DNA of 57,893 bases, filler included, from Sphacelaria rigidula (GCA_964200075.2; 9 parts of 9 records of this genome joined end to end with filler, not necessarily neighbours in it); one strand, 5' to 3'. Positions 12,268 through 24,984 are shown, counted from the first letter of the whole stretch. The notes: generated by a model not told the origin, from the letters alone. A program made the numbers and translations.

Positions 12268-13139
12268 GAGTCTGAAATCAAGTGAAATCGAGTAACAATT
12301 ATTGAATTTCTTTAGGTCTACCAAGTGTGATTTGAAATCCATGCGCGCGGGGTGGGGCTGGTATGCAGAGAACCCTGCAAAAGTTCGCCGTGTACTACCG
12401 GGACGCGACCTTTTTTCAGTAGCAATCACTTGCGATGTGTGCCGTGACGGGTCTCGTGCGTGATGGTGCTTTTTCCACCTCCTCACACCGCCCGTGAAGC
12501 AAGCTCTTCATGCTGGAAGTGCCCACCCCTCTTCCCGTGATGATCTCCACTCTTGGTCTGAGACAATTGAAACTACGGAATATGACCGTATCTCCTCGAA
12601 GGCACATATTCTCCCACACAAAACGACTCCCTAATATGGAAATTAAATAACACTAATATATTTTCGACTTGCGTCACCCCCGGGAAGCCAGTACCAGCCT
12701 CCCGGAGGGGAACCTTGTTCCCATTTTCAAATTGGTTGTTGTCTCAGGCTATTCCAGATTCGGCTATAGATTTCTGTGACAGAAAACACNNNNNNNNNNN
12801 NNNNNNNNNNNNNNNNNNNNNNNNNNNNNNNNNTTAATTAATTAANNNNNNNNNNNNNNNNNNNNNNNNNNNNNNNNNNNNNNNNNNNNTTGTTGCTTGC
12901 CTTAGTCGTTTGACCATTGACCACGCATCCCTTTCGATACGGAGCACTGGGGGGGGGGGGGGGGGACGATCTGTTCATTTTACCAAAATCTACCGATGCC
13001 ATAATAACAGTTTCGAGTTCAATCGAAGAGTAGAAAAAACCCTTCTGAACAAAAAATAGTTCAGGCACCCCGTACTGTATTTTCTTTGTGTTTTGACTCT
13101 TAGATATTTTCGGTCTAGCTTCCTCCGCTTGTTCTGTTA

Positions 13140-13617
13140 AGCCGCTTGTTATAGCAGACAAGAATAAAATCCTGAAAAGTGCCTTTTCGAAGCTTTTACG
13201 TCGCTTCACGCCCCAAAAGAGAGCTAGGCGGAGTTTGACACCTTGAAATGACTTGCTCTACTCTTTGCGGCGGTTCTAGGACATATTCCTGTTTTCCGGT
13301 GGCCACAGTTTTTATGTTGGCCAAACAAGAATTTTTGTCGAAGAAAGCTCAAGAACAGTCAAATCTAGAAAAAATCGGTACTTTTCTCTGGACTTGACAG
13401 TTTTTTACCGTTCTTGGGCAAAAATTCTTGTTTGACCAAAAAAGAAACTGCGGCGACCGGAGAACGGGAATATGTCCTGGAACCGCCTCAACTAGTGGAG
13501 CAAGTCATTCCAAGGTGTCAAACTCCGCCTATCTCTCTCTTGGGGCGTAAAACGACGTGAAAGCCCCAAAAAGGCACTTTTCCAGATTTTTTTTCTTGTC
13601 TGTTATAATGAGCGGCC
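13140..13617. mobile_element. Foldback MITE, PIF/Harbinger (Tourist)-like, with TTA target-site duplication
   Basis: 478-bp element palindromic almost to its centre (e.g. AGGCGGAGTTTGACACCTTG / CAAGGTGTCAAACTCCGCCT). TTA flanks it at 13137-13139 and 13618-13620. Confidence 0.85.
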
Positions 13618-13746
13618 TTACTTTGTTTTCCTCATTTTTCCTCTTTTGCGAGTGTTTCCGTTTGGCTCACCTTGAGACTTGGCCTGTGGGTACATATATA
13701 CATACATCTTGTGAAAACGGCGAGATCCCTTGGGTACATCTTTCAG

Positions 13747-16700
13747 TTATTGTGCGACAGTCAACCAATTTATCAAATCAGTCACATGGCTCTGACAGTA
13801 GCAGGACACGAGAAGAACTTCCTCCAACCGCATGCAGCCGGCAATCATAGGTGTACCACCCCTCCCAGCTGTGTACAGCCACTGGGTGCTGCTATAGTAG
13901 GGCAACTTTTTTGTAGGATCACACGCGTAGCGTACGGCGAAAACTCTCTACAATTCAGTCTCACCACTAGACCACCTGTACAACAATCAGCCGTCATCAC
14001 AGGGATACGACACGATCACTTACTCCCCCAACATCCCAATCCTCATCCTGACAAGACTCAGCCACAATGACGCCCGCTTCCTTCCAGCTCGCTACAAACC
14101 TCTCGCAGCGCTCCTCCAATGCATCCAACTCGAACAGGATATCTCCCCAAGAAGATCGGGAGGGCTGGGTCTCTGGCGGTGTTGTTCCCGGCGATCCGCT
14201 CCGATGTCGCCGTCCTAGCGCCGGCGCTAACCCATCGGCTCCCCCGCCGACCCAAGTTCTTTGTCCAGAGGACGGACCCCGCGTGTGAAAATCAGAAATG
14301 GGACTTGCGCGGGAGTCCAGAGATATGGACGTTGCCAGTCCTTCAGTTGCAGTAGAACTCACCATCACGTGTTCCTGGATCTGCCGTCTTGTGTTCCCCG
14401 ACGGTGCTTCATACTCTCGACCGAGAATGCGCTCGAAGTCTTCGCAAGTGGAGAGTCCTACGCCAACCCCAAACGTAGGATGGGAACTAGCGAACACGTC
14501 GTTGCCAAAGTTTGTCTGAGTTCCTCTGAGTGTCCTCTTCAAGGGGGCACGGGGGGTGCCGGGCAAGACTTCGCTGCCGAGCCCTTCCTGGAATATGGGC
14601 GCAGACCGCTGTTTTCTGCCGTCGGGTGCCCAGCGATGGCCTCGCGTGGGCGGGGACGGCGACAAAGATCTAACTCTCTCGGCGGTCATGTCAAAGGTCT
14701 CCGCCAGGCTCAAAGCCACAGCCCGTTCCCGCAAGGCGTTAACGGAATTAAGGACGGAGTGGCGGGAAGCCCACGCGCGATCAATCAACAACGCCGCAGC
14801 AGCGTCCAGCCTCGGCACCGATGTGGCGTGCACGTCCGCAAGAGCGAAGCGCCGATAAGGCTCAGCTGTCAAGCGTGATGACGGCGACGCGGACCGATGG
14901 GGTGATGACACCGGAGATCCGCGATTAGATCGCCGAGCACCACCGCTACCGACACTGCCGCTGCCACTACCGCTGCCGCTGGCAGCGGCGGCGGCAGCAG
15001 AACGTGATCGTGTCGCGAAAGGCTTCAGCTCCAGTTCCAAGGCCTCCGTCGCCGCGTCCACGTTAGCTTCCACGGCAAGCATCCTCTCCAGGGCATGTTT
15101 GGCTTTTGGATGTGCCGCGGTTGCCGCCGCCGCGGCCGCCGAAGCAGCCGCTGCTTCTGCCGCCTTTGCCATCGCCGACTGACCACCGCCGCCGCTCCTT
15201 CTCCGATAATCCGGTTCTGCCGACTCCGTGGCCGAGGACGACACACTCCCGTCTTCAGTTGATGAAAGAGATCCCTTCCTCGGCCTTTGTTGCCGCGAAA
15301 AACGCCCTTCGCCGCTATCTACTGGGGACGCCTTGCCCCCGCTAGTACTATAGCCCGTCGTTCGTGCTCTACCGCGAGCTCTCGTGCTCCGTCGTCTCGC
15401 CCTGGCGGTACCGGCGGCGCTATCAGCCGCCGAAGTAGTTGCCGTCGCTTTCTGCTCAACAGCTGCTGCAGCTTCCATCCACAGAGAACCCCCGGATGTG
15501 GAGGAGCCACCGCCGGGTCCCAGCGTAGAGTTTTTACTTCTACCAGCCCTTTCTGGGATGCCACCACTTGAACGCCCGTCACGAGCACTAATTCGAATGC
15601 CGGTTGCCGTGGGTAATATACTAGATGGTGAGCCCGCAATCGCTGTCTGGGGTTGGGACGACTTCAAAGAGACAGTCTTGCGAGCTGCGAAGGGGTTCCA
15701 TGTACTGATCGACTGAAAGCCCGGGGTGAATGAACTGGGAGAAACAGAGGATCTAGGCAAGGATTTCAAAGAATCTCTCGACAAGGATGCTGGAGTTCCA
15801 TTGACCGGAGTTGTCGCCACGATATGAGCTGTGCCCGGTTCAGGATTGAGGACGTACCTGGAACAAACACAAATGTCAATACAACGAGCGTTATGCGGTA
15901 TGTGGCTGCCTTAAGCTGTGAGCTTTGCTTGCATTCCTGACATCTCATGCAGTTGCAGCTGACGGCAAACATGTTATCAAAAGTGCTATTTCGCCGAATA
16001 TGTGGCACGGTCCCAAAACGAAGCCCACAACATTACCGATTCGATGGACGTGTGTCTTCTATATCTCCGGCTACCTCCCTCCCTCAGTTGTACGGAACAT
16101 CGCATGTTCGTGTCCCTCACCCGTCTCGCTCTCGGTGGAAGCTCAGCGGGTACCGAGCAATTGCGCTAATTTTGGAGTTGAGCAGCTCCTGGAGTGTTGC
16201 AAAATGACCCAACCGCCCCTTCTCGTCGCTGAAGCAACCGTCCTCGTACACCAACAAGGCGTGCTGGGTCGTTTTACGGATAAATATCGGAAGTGAAAAA
16301 GCAGAGCGTTTTGCCCAGTTCAGGATGGACATCGCGAGGAAAAGGTGCAATATTGCCACGGCGACACAGCAGCAGGTGGAGCTTAACACGACGAACATTA
16401 CCGGCGGAAAACTGGGCAGTGCATTCACTACCGAGACCGGGGAAATGAAAGTAGTTTTCTCGGAGTACTTGTGTGTGCTGTACAACCGGTTACTCTGGGC
16501 TACAGCATAGCATCTCCGGGCGACCAGTTTCTAGGCCAAACACTTTTTGGTGATCCTTTGTGGGTATAAAACCGGTTACGAAAGGCCACACAACACCACA
16601 AGCTCGGATGATGACATTTTTCGCACCCCGAAATATCATCACTCGGGGGTGTCATTCAGGGGGTGATACGCAACGTACCCGAATACAATACTGTAGATAC

Positions 16701-17649
16701 CGACGAGGCGCCAAGGACAGCCGAAAGCGTATCATCGGGGGGCGTTATGCAAGGCACCGGTGGATACGATACATCAATTTTGTGCTGTGCAACCGGTGAC
16801 CGGGGAGAGATGGGTTGATCCCTCGAGACCACGGAGCCGTCCCGAGGAAGAGGAGGGCTTCAACGTGCAAAAAAAAAAAAAAGACAACGCTTGCGCGGTC
16901 CTGAGAATTTTCCAACGTTTATTGGCGTTGCTGTGACTTTTCCCATGGTAGGTACCTGCACAGAGGTACCGTCGATACGGCCGTGCGAAGTCCCTTCCAT
17001 TCTCTCACCCCCCGACGTCTTCCCCTTCTGCTGCTGAGGCTTATCCGATCGTCGGGGCGACGCGCCCCCTACGCCCTTCCTCGAGCTACCGCCGCCCCCT
17101 CCTCCACTCGCCACATAGGTCAGGACAAGAACGGACGGGCTTTTACGGCGCAAAAAGAAGGTACCTTCTGGTCGTCCCCTATATTTTTCATCCGCAAAAC
17201 AAATACACAAAACAACGACCTGTTGTGGCGTGGGGGCTTGGTGCGGGCGGCAAACGGCAATACCCACGGGGTTTGCGTGTGCGACAACAGAGTGCTTGTG
17301 AAGCAACAAGAAAACAGAGCCGCATGGGGGCAGGATTGAATGCGGCGCTGGCGGTTCCCGAAGTTTTAGGGGTCCTCACTTCCTGTCCTTTGTCGACAAG
17401 GTAACCTTGTCCTCGAAATATTTTCGTCGCAGCATGTTCAAAACGGTTGCCAAAGGTTGAACATTCGTGTATTCCCCATTGATGATGTTATGTTGGATAA
17501 GCACCTGTGATAGCCTCGGCTCCGCTAGGGTGACAATCTACGTAGCGAAGTACAGTGCTAACTATGTGTAGTGTTTACCTCAGTAGCAACTCTGCTTCTT
17601 CCCTGCCCATGCGTCCTGCAAAGTACTGCCAGCCAGGATCGACGCCAGA
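13747..17649 (-). CDS. SH2-domain protein with long Ser/Ala/Gly-rich disordered C-terminal region; exons 17649-17579, 17178-16956, 16263-16121, 15857-14024, 13791-13747; 5' end unresolved
   Basis: All junctions are GT-AG and phase-compatible (2, 0, 2, 0). The spliced protein reads WQYFAGRMGREEAELLLR-GRPEGTFFLRRKSPSVLVLTYVA...SVQ-HALLVYEDGCFSDEKGRLGHFATLQELLNSKISAIARYPL, followed by the 607-aa ORF 13997-15820. The short last exon (SHVTDLINWLTVAQ*) is less certain. Confidence 0.8.
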
Positions 17650-18340
17650 CTGCGAACAAATCATCCATTCATGCGTGCGTCGTTCATGTCATTCCGCAGC
17701 GGGCAGAGATAGCAGTAGGGAGGGGGAGCAGGCGGCGGATACCTTCAGAGTAGCATCAATCACCGCAAGTCAACTTCGCGGATCAATCACGCATAAACCG
17801 CGGATAGGGTTGAACCTGCCGCTGAAATGCTTGCGGTGGCCTTCAACTTGGAGCGGCATTCATGGGCGATAACACGGCTGTTGTAGCCTTCCATGTTACT
17901 GAGTAATATCATGCTAGGCACAGTTGGGCAAAAGTTGCCATGAGCAGGGCTGAATACCACGCCCATCCTAATAGGTCTCCTTGGTACCTCTGTTCGGCAC
18001 GATTTGTGACACTGCCCTATAAACACCAGCCACTACTATTGAGGCCGTGTCAAAACTTGATGCGCGAAACTCCACCACCCCAAAACTGGAGAGACATACA
18101 ACACAAACAACAAGTACTATTTGCTATGATTTGGGGGTAAGCTGCATGACCACCTTCTTCAGTCCTCGTATAGTATCGAGCATGTGTCAAGACTTTCCTA
18201 TCTCATCATACGTTCAGGCAACTCTCCCACACCAGAAAGCAATGATAGGGAAAAACGGCTTTCCCTACGTCATTCCAGCATTCACACCTTCTCCAACCCG
18301 TCACCCGCGATCAACCCCTGCGATGGAACGGAGCACACAC

Positions 18341-19010
18341 CCTGCGATCCCGCCCCGTAATTAGTTCCTGGCCCCTGGCCCCGACTCAACAGCTCCCGCA
18401 TGCCACTGTCTCTCTTCCCATTGCGTCCTTCGTCGCTGCTCTGGGTGCTGTCGCCACCATCGGTCGAGAAGATATCGCTTTGTCCTAGGCCTAGCCTCGA
18501 CACAGTCTCGAGTGCGGTGTCAAGGCTTGAGGATGGCAGCGGCAAAGCACCGCAGGCGCTCGCCCTGAAAGGATATAGTGGGATAGGATACACTGGAGAA
18601 TTGGGTCGGGTTGAGGGTAGGTAGAGTACGGTGGCATTGGGTACAGCAGAGCAAGGTTTGATGGTGAGTTTTGAAAGAGATATAACCACAATTGCTCACT
18701 ATATGGAACGCGTGATACCGTGAAAGCACAGGAAGGACTGGGGCAGCGAAGAGCCGATGCTGCGCCCCTTGAGCGTATGATCTGTCTTACTGACCACGCT
18801 TGGCTCTCACGTGACAACGGCATTGTCGAGAGCAGAAGTGACTCCCAAGTTACTCTACTTCCACCTAGAAAAGTCCATCTTACCCCAACCCGAGGACGCC
18901 CGCCGGCCGTGCACCCGCACCGCCGGCACCGCCCGTCCTGAAGACGTGACCGACGAGCGTCCGCATCGCTTCCGACACGGACAGCTGCTTTTCCCCGCTC
19001 AGGCTCTGCC
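18341..19010 (-). CDS. Possible upstream exons (about 19010-18884 and 18564-18341) of the SH2 gene or a neighbouring gene
   Basis: Open, GC-rich frames (SGEKQLSVSEAMRTLVGHVFRTGG...LG and ASACGALPLPSSSLDTALETVSRLG...) joined by a phase-2 GTAAGA..TTTCAG intron. I could not link them in phase to the exon starting at 17649. Confidence 0.35.
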
Positions 19011-19333
19011 CTTTATAGCGGCCGTCGGGGTTACTTGTTCCCCGCCCACCTCGCCTGATAATGGAGCAACAAACAGACGTCTAGCATGTCTTCCCTCGGG
19101 GAGGATAAGCGAGATACTTCCTCTGTCTCATAAGCCTGCGCAGTTATGGGCGTTCAATCGGTTGGGCATTCAAACTCTTCCGATCATCCCATAGTTGGGT
19201 TCGTAGGAAAGATGAAGCGCCAACGAAGCTGATNNNNNNNNNNNNNNNNNNNNNNNNNNNNNNNNNNNNNNNNNNNNTTAATTAATTAANNNNNNNNNNN
19301 NNNNNNNNNNNNNNNNNNNNNNNNNNNNNNNNN

Positions 19334-20012
19334 GCTTCTGTTGCACCAAAGCAGACGAGACAGGTAGACAAGGGTTGGCCAGTAACTCTCGCCCCGACAT
19401 CACAGACGCTATGAGAGAAGTGTCCTGGTAAAGCCATGACTTTTCACATGATGACTGACTGAGAGCGGTAAGCATCCCGGAGTACCTAAATAAATATTAC
19501 GCGCGATTCAACTATCACCTAAGAGCGTAGTTCAGTTAAGGGACTAGTGGCATACGCCGACGCCGAATATGCCAACTCGGAGGGAAAATGATCTGTGACA
19601 GGAGGTATTTTGATGGTTGGACGTGGAATTGTGCTTCTTGTGTCGTGGATCCAGGGCGTGTATCGCTGTCCAGTACTGGCGCACAGGACGTAGCAGCTGG
19701 TGAGATGGTGAAGGGAGTGATATTCGTCCGGGGGCCCCTGAAATTCGTTCAACCGGATGTGGACGAGACGTGCACCGTTGTATTGAAGACAACTTGGGTG
19801 TCATTCGATTAGCCAAGAATCAGCCGAGTAGAGGTTGGAGCCAGCACATTGACGTACGTCACCATTATCTTTGTGAGCTCATTGGTGACGGCAAGGTTCG
19901 GTTCCAGTACATACCATCCCAACAGCAACACGCCGACTATATCCCCAAGGCTTTGCCTGAAGGAAGCTTCCAGAACCACGGGACCACCATCATGAACATC
20001 AAGCAGGCTTGA
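19334..20012 (+). mobile_element. Decayed Ty1/copia pol (RT end and RNase H); putative polypurine tract and 3' LTR start near 20324-20342
   Basis: VSLSSTGAQDVAAGEMVKGVIFVR and EDNLGVIRLAKNQPSRGWSQHIDVRHHYLCELIGDGKVRFQYIPSQQQHADYIPKAL match the copia RNase H consensus (S.TEAE, DN.GAI, KHID.R.H, Q.AD..TK.L) across frameshifts. GAATAGCGGGACG is followed by TGTTG at 20338. Confidence 0.88.
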
Positions 20013-23000
20013 GTGGTTTTCTTATGTGCGTTCGATGTTTTGTATCTTGGATTGTTTTTTTTCAGCGGGGAGGCGGGAGGGAGACTGAGTCAAGAGTTCC
20101 CAAAAATAATTGTTTGTGAGTGCGTGACCTTTTCAGGTCATGCACGTGAGAACACGATGAATAGCACCTTCAGGATACGAGGAGGTTCGGGTATGCTCCG
20201 GATCGTAGTCGCAACTTTGCTGATCTGTGATGATATCATTGACAAGCTGAGGTGCGATTTTTAGTTTATGCAGGGTTTTTTTAGTACACTGAATGAAGTA
20301 AAAGAGTTATTTACACAAAGGATTGAATAGCGGGACGTGTTGAGGAGGAGCGTCAAGTTGTGATTTTTCGATTGCTACTACGCAGACGAGTGTGCACCGT
20401 TTGTGCGCGCACTAAGTGTTGTATTTGTCCGCCGGGGCCAGGTTTCCTCCTTCAGTTCTTGGCAATGCAGTGCTTTCGACGGTTCGTCAGTTTCATTGTG
20501 CTGAGCGGAACAGAGGATCTATGATGAAATTATTTGCTCCAGCTGACGTCAACGAATACTTATCGATGGATATCGGGCCATTCGACGGGGTATTATGAGT
20601 GAGGAAAATTCTTTTTTCTGTGCAAGTGTCAACCCCTGGTTACAGGTGAATATCTTCATTTGTTTTTGAGGTGGAGTTCGCCTACGCCTGAGCACTCCCC
20701 GCGTCTTACCGTTTCTCCCTTCTGGCGCTTCTGTGCTCTGAGCTGAGTGGAAGATCAATAATATAACTTTTGTGTTGGAAATATGTTGTCATGCCTGTAC
20801 ACGGTTGCGCGGCAGTCTTGCGTACCGCTCTATGCCGATATCGATCAGGCCGAGACTGCAAACACTGGGGGAAACTCCTCCCGGAGGACATTCGTGGGCC
20901 AAGGGAGGACGACGGAAATGGTTCGTCTACCATATGGTGGTCAAAGACTAACAAGAATCAGTCACTGCCGCGAAGAACGTGGGTATATGGCATCTGGGAG
21001 TCGAGATTGGGGCGGAGGAGTTGACGGGGTGACGACGAGAAGACGCATGCCTATTGGATCTATACCGCAAGAAAGAGGTTGTGGCGCTGAGGGCTTCCGA
21101 TAAGGAAGCCGCGATTGATGACAATACAGCACAACACGCTCGCGAAGAATCTGGGATGGAAATAATCGAGAGCCGGCTCGCTTTGGTGAGCGATAGTTGG
21201 GAGCGGCAGGGGTGACACGAAACTGATACACCCCTGTCTTCATCGCATCTGTCTCTGACTTCTCCCTTGGCTGGCAACCTTGATGATGTCCTGTAGCTGT
21301 GTTCCTGTACGTGTTTTGCTTCGTCTTCGAATTCCATCTCCTTGCTTCCATATATTTCCTGCCCATATCATCCCCTTCCTCCAGATTTCTCCCCTTTCGT
21401 TTCGTCTCGCCATGTTCGTTCGTTTGTTTTACTTTTTTTTGTACACTGTACTATTCTCGTGCCTTGCCGCTGTAGAGCCCATGGATGACATTCAACTCTC
21501 ATCAAGATGCTCCCCGATTACCTTCCACGGCATTTAGCCCCTCTTTTTTTAGTTTCTTGCTCTTTTCTTGCGCATTTGTTTTGCCCGACGCCATACTGCA
21601 GGGCCATACTGCAGGGGCCGGCCATTTCCTGTTTGATGTTTGTTTTTATCTTTCTCGTCATAATTTCTACTATTTTCACCGGGGCCTGTTGTTTGAACTC
21701 TTGTTCTCCTTCCTCCTTCTTTCCTTTGAATGTTTCTCTTCTTTTGCATTCGTTTTGTTTTTATCCATTTGAATATCTGTTCTCTCCTAGTCTTGTCCTG
21801 CTCCCGAGTTTCCTCAAGCAAGCTTCTTCGTTTTGTTTACCTTGGGTGCCTCCATCTCGTCGCCACGGCTGAATCTCTCGGGGATCACTTCATGTACGAC
21901 AATTTATCAATCAACCAATCAATGTACTGCCATAAACACGGAAAAAACAAAACACTTTGTCCAACCATAGGCGTGGTCGGCAGTTTTGCACTTGTCCGTA
22001 ATTTCACGCGTGTCTCTTCCGTCACGTAAAGTTCTCAAGAATGGCCATGCAATAGATTCATTTGTTGTCGTCCAGTTCAGAGATGGTTATGGTTATGAAT
22101 TAATGCTGCCCTGTTCAAATAGGGTCATGTGTAGTTTCCATTTTCATCGCCTAGCTCAGAGGTGCCTACGCCAGATTTCATTTTTCTGCCAAGTTCAGGG
22201 ATGATCGCGTGAGAGCTTCCCCTGCATATGAAGTCATTGGTATATTCGAGGAGTGGTCATCGTCTCTCCTCCTCATTTTCGTACTTGGAGAATAGGAAGA
22301 CGACAGCTTCACGCCAGCAGCGCAGGTGCTCAATATCGTCGTGATCTTCTGCAAGACAGCGAAATCATCCAAATAGAGTACAGCGCACTATTGGTGCGTG
22401 CAATAGGGTGGTAGGGCTGCTTGTACTCAAAGTGCATGAAACGTGAAGACAAACTGATTTTTGGGAGTATCAGCTTTCTGAATCTTGAAGTGAGAATGAA
22501 CATGCCTAATGCGATGGTGTTGATACACGGGTCTGATCAATTTTATATAGTTGACTGGATCGGATGGTATACAGTCTCATTGGCCATACCGCTTGGTCGT
22601 GATCGAATATGTCCAACCATGATATGTCGCAGTGTTTGTATGCCCCCTGGTCTGTACTGCTGCACCAGTATACAGCAGTTGTACCACCCTGTGGCATGCT
22701 CTTCATAGGACCTGTTGGTGACCTCCTGCCAGCTGACATCCAAGACTGCAGGTAAGGCTTCAGTGCGATGAACACATTTCTACATCTGCGTTGAATTCTT
22801 GTGGCAACTGCATCCAGAGCCTTGCTGCGGTCAATGTCGAGGGTAGGCCTTACTACACGATTGGAAACAAGTCGCGCAAATTCCCCGATTGTTTCGGGCA
22901 CAACATGGGTCTCTGACAGTTTTTTCCAGTCCAAGCACGGGCATTTCCAAGCCGTTTTACTTATTTGCTGATTTCTCAGTCCAGGTAGCCCCCCGGCTTT

Positions 23001-23220
23001 ATCTACTATCTTCTCGTATTATGTTCTCGGGCGAAACACGGACTTCTGACAGTTGTTCTCCGACCCAAAAGCGCAGTTCTCCTAGGCCAGAGAGCACGCG
23101 GGCATATACTTTCACACCCACATATAAATATAATCTGGATAATGTTTCAGATTTGATTTTCTTGGGTACGTCTGTCATGCGACCACGGCTGGATCCATTG
23201 GTGGTCAATTAATGTGCGAC

Positions 23221-23254
23221 AATCACTCAATCAATCAATCGATCAATCAATCAA
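23221..23254 (+). repeat. (AATC)n tract (shorter ones at 21906-21922 and, reversed, 39216-39232)
   Basis: AATCACTCAATCAATCAATCGATCAATCAATCAA; possibly retroelement tails. Confidence 0.7.
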
Positions 23255-24984
23255 GTCAGTACAACTGCGATATGGTCGAGAATGGCAAAGCATGCGTAGC
23301 TCCCCCATGCGCCCGCCCGCCCGCCCCTTCTCTATCCGAGGGTTTCGGGGGTATGGTTGCTGAAAAATACCGGTACGGGGGACTCCTTGCATAGACAAAG
23401 ACATTTGACGGAAATTGTGCACGGAAACGTGCCAAAATGAGAAAATGACTCCGCGTTCCACCTGCACTGTGCCACGAACAAAATCGTCCATCCTGAGGCT
23501 TATGCCGTATCTTATCGAAACCGTTTTTCGAATCTGATCCTATCCAACGGTCGCTCTGAGTCTTGGAGAATCCTCTAGAGCAAGAAACGCCCAAAAACAT
23601 AATTTGGGATGATGAGTCGTGGACGGAGGAGAAACGGGGAAGAACCGGGCCACGGTCAGCAAGAAAATATTTTGGTGTGTCGACACCACACGACTTCAGT
23701 ACAGACAGTTGTACATTTCTACAATGCGCCCCGCCAAAACATGGGCCCGTCCCGGAGCCCCGGGACCAAGCACTTGGCGCAATGACACTTGTCGGTAGGG
23801 GAAAGCAGCAGGCGCGGCGAGCGAACTATGGTCTTTTGCGATTCATGCCCCCCTTCATCTTCCGTTTGGTGCTCCATCCCTGCTTTCCCGCGATTACCTC
23901 GCCCCAGGTCCCAAATGTCAGCCACCCGCCATCTATTCGATCAACTAGGTATATGCTGTACAGCACAATAAATACCTTCCCCTTAAGTGACGCGATCCGG
24001 TGTGTGTGACGGGGGCATTTTCAGTCGCACTCTACCGAACATGCACTCGTAGTACAGTTATGGGTAGGAATGGAGGGTCTACGGACAAAAAATCAGCGGC
24101 GAACTAAAAATAGTAAAAAACGCGGAGGAACAATGAACGTCAGTTAGCAGTCACACCTGTGCCGAGGCCCCCACGAACAGAACGAAGGCTTCAACATCAC
24201 TTATAAACTTCCTCTACTACGGGACAGCTGTAGTACTGGAGATCGCGCGGTTCTCGACACAGAAAGCAGCAAGCCAGCCCACGGCACCTCACAGCCCCCC
24301 GCATACACACGAGATCTAGGGAATCTGGTTTCACGTTTTGCTGGCGTCGCGTCAGCGACCCGGAAATCCTCCCCAGAGCGCAAAACACTTCATTTTTGTA
24401 CATTTGGGTTTGTTGCGACTAACTGTCACGCTCAAACGCAGAAATTCGGCTAGGTGACCTGGCTTGGGCGCGTGAAAAGCGCGCGCAAGAAACCACAGTC
24501 CAATTATCTGCTTCGTTGCCGAGTTCTACGCGTTGCGCGATCGGCACTTCTGGGCTGAGGATTAGTAGCGTTATTCGAGGTCGAACATGCGGAATTGCAA
24601 AAAAATGGTGCGCATGTTTTTTTTTCTTGCCGCAAGCAAGTTGTCACAACATGCAGTTTTTGTCACGACATGCAGTTTGGTTGCGTGCCGCCAGGCGCTG
24701 CTGCTTTGTTCTGTGCGGCTGTGCACAAAAGGCGATTTCGCTTTCCAACAGCGAGTATCCTTCAAAGTGTCGAATTGCAGAGGGAGAGTTCACAGAAGAA
24801 AGACGAAGCTGGCGGCTGCTTCGTGTAAGGGCTCCAGTGCAGAAGCCAAGGCGTCTAGGGCGATTTTAGTACGCGCACTGCCTTACATCTGCTGGCGACT
24901 GTGATAATGTATTCCGTAACTGTATATACCATTGATACAAAGAACATGTAAGTTATGCGACTTCAACCAACTTGCTGTTAAAAC

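Noticed and set aside
17743..17860. Upstream SH2-gene exon with an in-frame TGA (selenocysteine or readthrough)
   Set aside because: A donor-like site exists at 17742, but the in-phase frame has a stop and there is no supporting evidence such as a SECIS or homology. An in-frame ATG at 17664 or another exon is simpler.
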